From NCBI GenBank assembly GCA_963798845.1, contig CAWCUS010000006.1, positions 992,001 through 1,056,000 of the forward strand: a DNA stretch of 64,000 bases, written 5' to 3'. The DNA comes from an uncultured Gemmatimonadales bacterium (GTDB lineage: Bacteria > Gemmatimonadota > Gemmatimonadetes > Longimicrobiales > RSA9). Position numbers and translations under genes: made by a program. The notes beneath the pieces are model-generated. The model was not told where the DNA came from. It ran no database searches and saw only the letters and a program-made list of their open reading frames with translations. Shown piece after piece: positions 60,185 through 64,000 of this stretch (positions are counted from its first letter, which is position 1; each line of letters opens with the position of its first letter).

Positions 60185-61221
60185 CGGACCTGCCGGACGA
60201 GGCCGAACACGCCGCGGCGCATGCCGTGGTCCTCGATCCAGCCGGAGACCACCGCGTACCCGAGGGCGGAGATGTCGGGCATGCCGTGGAGGACGGAGCG
60301 ATCGGCCACCTCCGTCTTCAGCTCACCGGCCAGGTCGCCGGCGGAGGCGGTGAAGCGCCAGGCGGTGGGGAACTGCACCCCCGCCTCGTGGAAGTCCTCC
60401 CACGCCGTGGCTTCGAGATGTACGCCGCGGCGGACATCATCACCCTCCCCGTCGTGGATCCACGCCAGGTCGCCGTCGGTGGAGGCGACGAAGACCAGGT
60501 AGTACCCGGTGTCGTCGAGAAGGAACGCCTGCGCGCCTTGCCAGGAGATCGCGGTCGCGCCCGCACCGGCCGCCGCCGTGTCGCCCCGACCCCGAGCCTC
60601 CTCGGCGGCGGCGGAGTCGTCCTCCTGGGCGAGTCGGGCGAGCTCGCGGGCCAGCACCGGCTCGACCGTGCGGCCGAGCTGCGCGTCCAGGACCACGCCC
60701 TCGGTGGGCTCGTCATCCACTCGCAGGGTGGCTTTCCGCAGGACCAGCTGCGTCCCGGCGTCCGGACTGTCCTCGGCGATGGTCGAATCCGGTTCCAGGC
60801 GAACGGTGGGGTCGCCGCGGATCACGAGCCCGGACAGGTCGCCCCCTTCGCCAACCATGAGCTTCAGCGGCCCATGGGGAACGATTCGCCAGGGCTCGCG
60901 CAGCGGCTCGCTGCGCCAGCCGACGTCCAGGAGCGGAAGCCAGTTGCGGCCTTCGAGCAGACGCACCCGCTGCCCCCTGTGCGCGGCGCTGCTGTCGGCG
61001 AGCGTGCTGAAGTCGAAGACGGCCGCCGTGGGCATCTCCGTACCGGGGCCCATGAATACGAAGAGGCGATCGTAGGCGGCCGTTGGGCCGAAGTCCGCGG
61101 GATCGGTCGTCGTCCGGTCCGCCCGCTCGCTGCGCGGTGAGGAGCCTCGGTCACAGGCGCCCAGCCCGGCAGCAGCGGCGAGAAGGAGCGCCGTGATGAG
61201 CGATATCGAGCGTGAGGGCAT
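60181..61221 (-). CDS. hypothetical lipoprotein
   Basis: LGAC lipobox; beta-rich, FPTAWRF segment. Confidence 0.78.
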   Translation of the reverse strand: MPSRSISLITALLLAAAAGLGACDRGSSPRSERADRTTTDPADFGPTAAYDRLFVFMGPGTEMPTAAVFDFSTLADSSAAHRGQRVRLLEGRNWLPLLDVGWRSEPLREPWRIVPHGPLKLMVGEGGDLSGLVIRGDPTVRLEPDSTIAEDSPDAGTQLVLRKATLRVDDEPTEGVVLDAQLGRTVEPVLARELARLAQEDDSAAAEEARGRGDTAAAGAGATAISWQGAQAFLLDDTGYYLVFVASTDGDLAWIHDGEGDDVRRGVHLEATAWEDFHEAGVQFPTAWRFTASAGDLAGELKTEVADRSVLHGMPDISALGYAVVSGWIEDHGMRRGVFGLVRQVR

Positions 61222-61361
61222 GGGTTCCAGGATCGGTGCTGCTGGGCCGGCGAGACCGTTCGCGAGCGCCGAAAACTAGCACCGTGCACCGTCGCCCGCT
61301 AACTTCGGCTCCGCTCCGGCCGCCCGGTGCCGGGATCCCGCGAGAACAGTGCAGAACGGCT

Positions 61362-62657
61362 ATGCAGCTCTACACGAAGATCCTCATCGGACTGGCCCTG
61401 GGGGTCGCCGCGGGCATGGTCGCCAACCTCATGGGGATCGAGTGGCTCCAGGCGACGCTGGTGGCCATCGAGCCCATCGGCACCGTGTTCATCCGGCTCA
61501 TCACCATGGTGGTCGTCCCTCTGGTGGCCGCCAGTCTGCTCATCGGCACGGCGTCGCTCGGCGACCTGCGGAAGCTCGGGCGCATCGGCGGGAAGACGGT
61601 CGCGTACTACATGATCACCACGGCCATCGCCGTGACGATCGGGATCATCCTATCGAACGTGGTGCGCCCCGGCGGGCGCATCGACCCGGCCACCCGCGAC
61701 GAGCTTGCCCAGGCCTACGCGACGCAGGCGGGCCAGAGCGTCGAGCTGGCGGCGGAAAAGCCGCCGGTCGTTCAGACGCTGCTGGAGATGATCCCGCGCA
61801 ACCCGGTGCAGGCGGCGGCGAACATGGACCTGCTGCCGCTCATCGTCTTCACCGTGCTGTTCGGCGCCGCCATCACGCTCGTCGAGGAGGAGAAGCGAAG
61901 AGCCGTGCTCATGGTGGCGGAAGGGGTGAACGACGCCGTCATGGTCCTGATCGACTGGATCATGAAGCTGGCCCCGTACGCCGTCTTCGCGCTGATCGGA
62001 TCGGTTGTGGCGCGCTTCGGTCTCGACCTGCTGCGCTCCCTCCTCATCTACACGCTCACCGTGGTGGCGGGGCTGGCGCTCCATGCCTTCGGGACCTACG
62101 CCCTCGTGATCCGGTTCCTGGTGAAGATGAACCCGGCGACGTTCTTCCGGCGCATCATCGAGGCTCCCGTGGTCGCGTTCTCCACGTCCAGCTCGAACGC
62201 CACGCTGCCGGTGACCATGGAGACCGCCGAGGAAAAGCTGGGCATCTCGCCCTCGGTGGCGTCGTTCGTCCTCCCGCTGGGCGCCACCATCAACATGGAC
62301 GGTACGGCGCTGTACCAGGCCGTGGCCACGATGTTCATCGCCCAGATCTACGGCGTGGCGCTCGGACCCCTCGATCAGCTGACCATCGTGCTCACGGCCA
62401 CGCTGGCGAGCATCGGCGCCGCGGGCGTGCCCAGCGCGGGCATCATCATCCTGGTCCTCGTCCTCAATTCCGTCGGCCTCGGCGGCCACGCCGCGGCCGG
62501 GATCGCCCTGATCCTGGGCGTGGACCGGATCCTGGACATGCTGCGCACCGCCGTGAACGTCACCGGCGACCTCACCGCCGCCAGCTTCGTGGCCCGCAGC
62601 GAGGGGGAGATGCTGGAGCCGAGGGTGGTGGACCACCCGATCCGCATGGGTCGGTGA
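61362..62657 (+). CDS. dicarboxylate/amino acid:cation symporter (DAACS, GltP-like)
   Basis: FIRLITMVVVPL, AFSTSSSNATLP, GATINMDGT, GAAGVP, DRILDMLRTAVNVTGD. Confidence 0.96.
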   Translation: MQLYTKILIGLALGVAAGMVANLMGIEWLQATLVAIEPIGTVFIRLITMVVVPLVAASLLIGTASLGDLRKLGRIGGKTVAYYMITTAIAVTIGIILSNVVRPGGRIDPATRDELAQAYATQAGQSVELAAEKPPVVQTLLEMIPRNPVQAAANMDLLPLIVFTVLFGAAITLVEEEKRRAVLMVAEGVNDAVMVLIDWIMKLAPYAVFALIGSVVARFGLDLLRSLLIYTLTVVAGLALHAFGTYALVIRFLVKMNPATFFRRIIEAPVVAFSTSSSNATLPVTMETAEEKLGISPSVASFVLPLGATINMDGTALYQAVATMFIAQIYGVALGPLDQLTIVLTATLASIGAAGVPSAGIIILVLVLNSVGLGGHAAAGIALILGVDRILDMLRTAVNVTGDLTAASFVARSEGEMLEPRVVDHPIRMGR

Positions 62658-62660
62658 GAG

Positions 62661-62720
62661 GCGGAGCGCGGCGGATCGACGCGGAGCACGGCGGATCGAC
62701 GCGGAGACACGGCGGAGCAC
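62661..62720 (+). repeat. short 20-bp tandem repeat (about 3 copies) between convergent genes
   Basis: GCGGAGCGCGGCGGATCGAC / GCGGAGCACGGCGGATCGAC / GCGGAGACACGGCGGAGCAC. Confidence 0.75.
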
Positions 62721-62764
62721 CTCGTGAAAAGCCGTTCTCCGCGCTTTCCGCTCCCTCGCCTCTC

Positions 62765-64000
62765 CTAGCGTTGACGGGCTGCCCGTTTCTCGGAGCGGTG
62801 GGACCGGTCCGTCTCCTTCCGTGAGCGGGCCTCGCCGCTTTCCGCCAGCTCCGGCTTGCCGAGCAGCGCGATGTCGAACACCTGTTCCATGGTATCGACA
62901 AAATGGAAATCGGTGCGCTTGCGGGCCTCGTCCGGTACCTCCCGCAGGTCGCGCTCGTTGCCGGTCGGGAGGATGACCCGTCGGATGCCGGCGCGGTAGG
63001 CGGCGAGGACCTTCTCCTTGATGCCGCCCACTTCCAGCACCTTGCCGCGCAGCGTCACCTCACCGGTCATGGCGACATCGTGGCGGACGGGCATGCCGGC
63101 GAGCGCCGAGGCGATGGCGAGTGTGACCGCGATGCCGGCGGACGGGCCGTCCTTGGGCACGGCGCCCACCGGGAAGTGGACGTGCACGTCGATCTCTCCG
63201 AAGTCCTGGTCGGGGATGCCGAGGGTGGAGGCTCGGCTCCGTACGTAGGAGTAAGCCGCGTTCACGGACTCGCGCATGACGTCGCCGAGATAGCCGGTGA
63301 TGATGAGCCGACCCGACCCGGCCATCTGGAGCGCCTCAATGAAGAGGAGCTCGCCGCCGGCGGCAGTCCACGCCAGGCCGGTGACCACGCCCACTTCGGG
63401 GGCGCTTTCGGCTGGAGTGGCGACGTAGCGGACGGGGCCGAGGATCTCCTCGATGCGGTCGTCGTCGTAGACCCAGACGCCCTCGTCGCCCGCCGCCTTG
63501 GCCCGGGCGCGGGTGCGCAGCAGGGTAGCCAGCGTGCGGCGGGTGCGCTCCATGCCGGAGTCGCGGGCGTAGCCGCGAATGAGGTCGAATAGCGCGGTGT
63601 CGGAGAACACCACGTCGTCGTTGTCGAGGCCGTGCTCGCTGTACATGATCGGCAGCAGCTTCTCGCGGGCGATCGCCACCTTCTCCTCGGGCGTGTAGCC
63701 GGCCAGCCGGATCTCGACGAGCTTCTCACGCAGCTCCCGCGGGATGCGCTGGAAGTCCTGGGCAATGGCCACGATGATGGCGCGGGAAAGGTCCAGCTCC
63801 ACGTCCAGGTAGCGGTCCACGAAGGCGCAGCGGGTCTCCCACGTGAGCGCCTCCTCGAGCGCGGCGACGGGATCGCCGTCCACCTTGCCGAGCCCGACCT
63901 GGTCGATCTCGTCCAGCACCAGCACCGGGTCGCAAACGCCCAGGTCGCGGAGCGCTCCCGCGAGCTTCCCCGGGCCGGCATCGCGGTGCGTCCGGCGCGC
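62765..64000 (-). CDS. Lon (S16) protease paralogue, 5' part beyond window
   Basis: [25 protein letters not shown] (Ser), [16 protein letters not shown] (Lys); degenerate AAA+ motifs. Confidence 0.92.
   Translation of the reverse strand, partial: ARRTHRDAGPGKLAGALRDLGVCDPVLVLDEIDQVGLGKVDGDPVAALEEALTWETRCAFVDRYLDVELDLSRAIIVAIAQDFQRIPRELREKLVEIRLAGYTPEEKVAIAREKLLPIMYSEHGLDNDDVVFSDTALFDLIRGYARDSGMERTRRTLATLLRTRARAKAAGDEGVWVYDDDRIEEILGPVRYVATPAESAPEVGVVTGLAWTAAGGELLFIEALQMAGSGRLIITGYLGDVMRESVNAAYSYVRSRASTLGIPDQDFGEIDVHVHFPVGAVPKDGPSAGIAVTLAIASALAGMPVRHDVAMTGEVTLRGKVLEVGGIKEKVLAAYRAGIRRVILPTGNERDLREVPDEARKRTDFHFVDTMEQVFDIALLGKPELAESGEARSRKETDRSHRSEKRAARQR

Overview
High-GC (~70%) bacterial chromosomal segment, mostly housekeeping genes. 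Gene content and style suggest Gemmatimonadota, but this is inference. Recognisable genes: ssb, recF-dciA-gyrB, rsgA, rho, an Mla/MCE ABC locus, lysC-asd, a ferredoxin-NADP reductase and trxB, a class A PBP, a susC/susD pair with a GGT-family lipoprotein, fumC, nfo, a pterin operon, fadD, cutA, a DAACS symporter and a Lon paralogue. I found no tRNA/rRNA, transposase, integrase, reverse transcriptase or CRISPR array. Most notable: (1) an oriC-like intergenic region (4845-5240) with three DnaA-box-like 9-mers at 11-bp period, an IHF-like site and divergent sigma70 promoters, flanked on both sides by genes sharing an unnamed 'LPPFxxWxExY' domain, with no dnaA in the window; (2) two related spacer-less tandem hairpin arrays (25-26 bp units), each lying between a stop codon and a promoter; (3) a probable 6S RNA heading an operon with PTPS-II-type and QueD-type pterin synthases, folE and an SDR (possible tetrahydrobiopterin pathway); (4) an inositol-monophosphatase gene collapsed by two in-frame deletions; (5) several degenerate enzymes (Lon AAA+ module, macro domain, methyltransferase). 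Three single-base indels (ssb, a small membrane gene, the gyrB stop) may be assembly errors. All calls come from visual motif recognition; no database searches were run.
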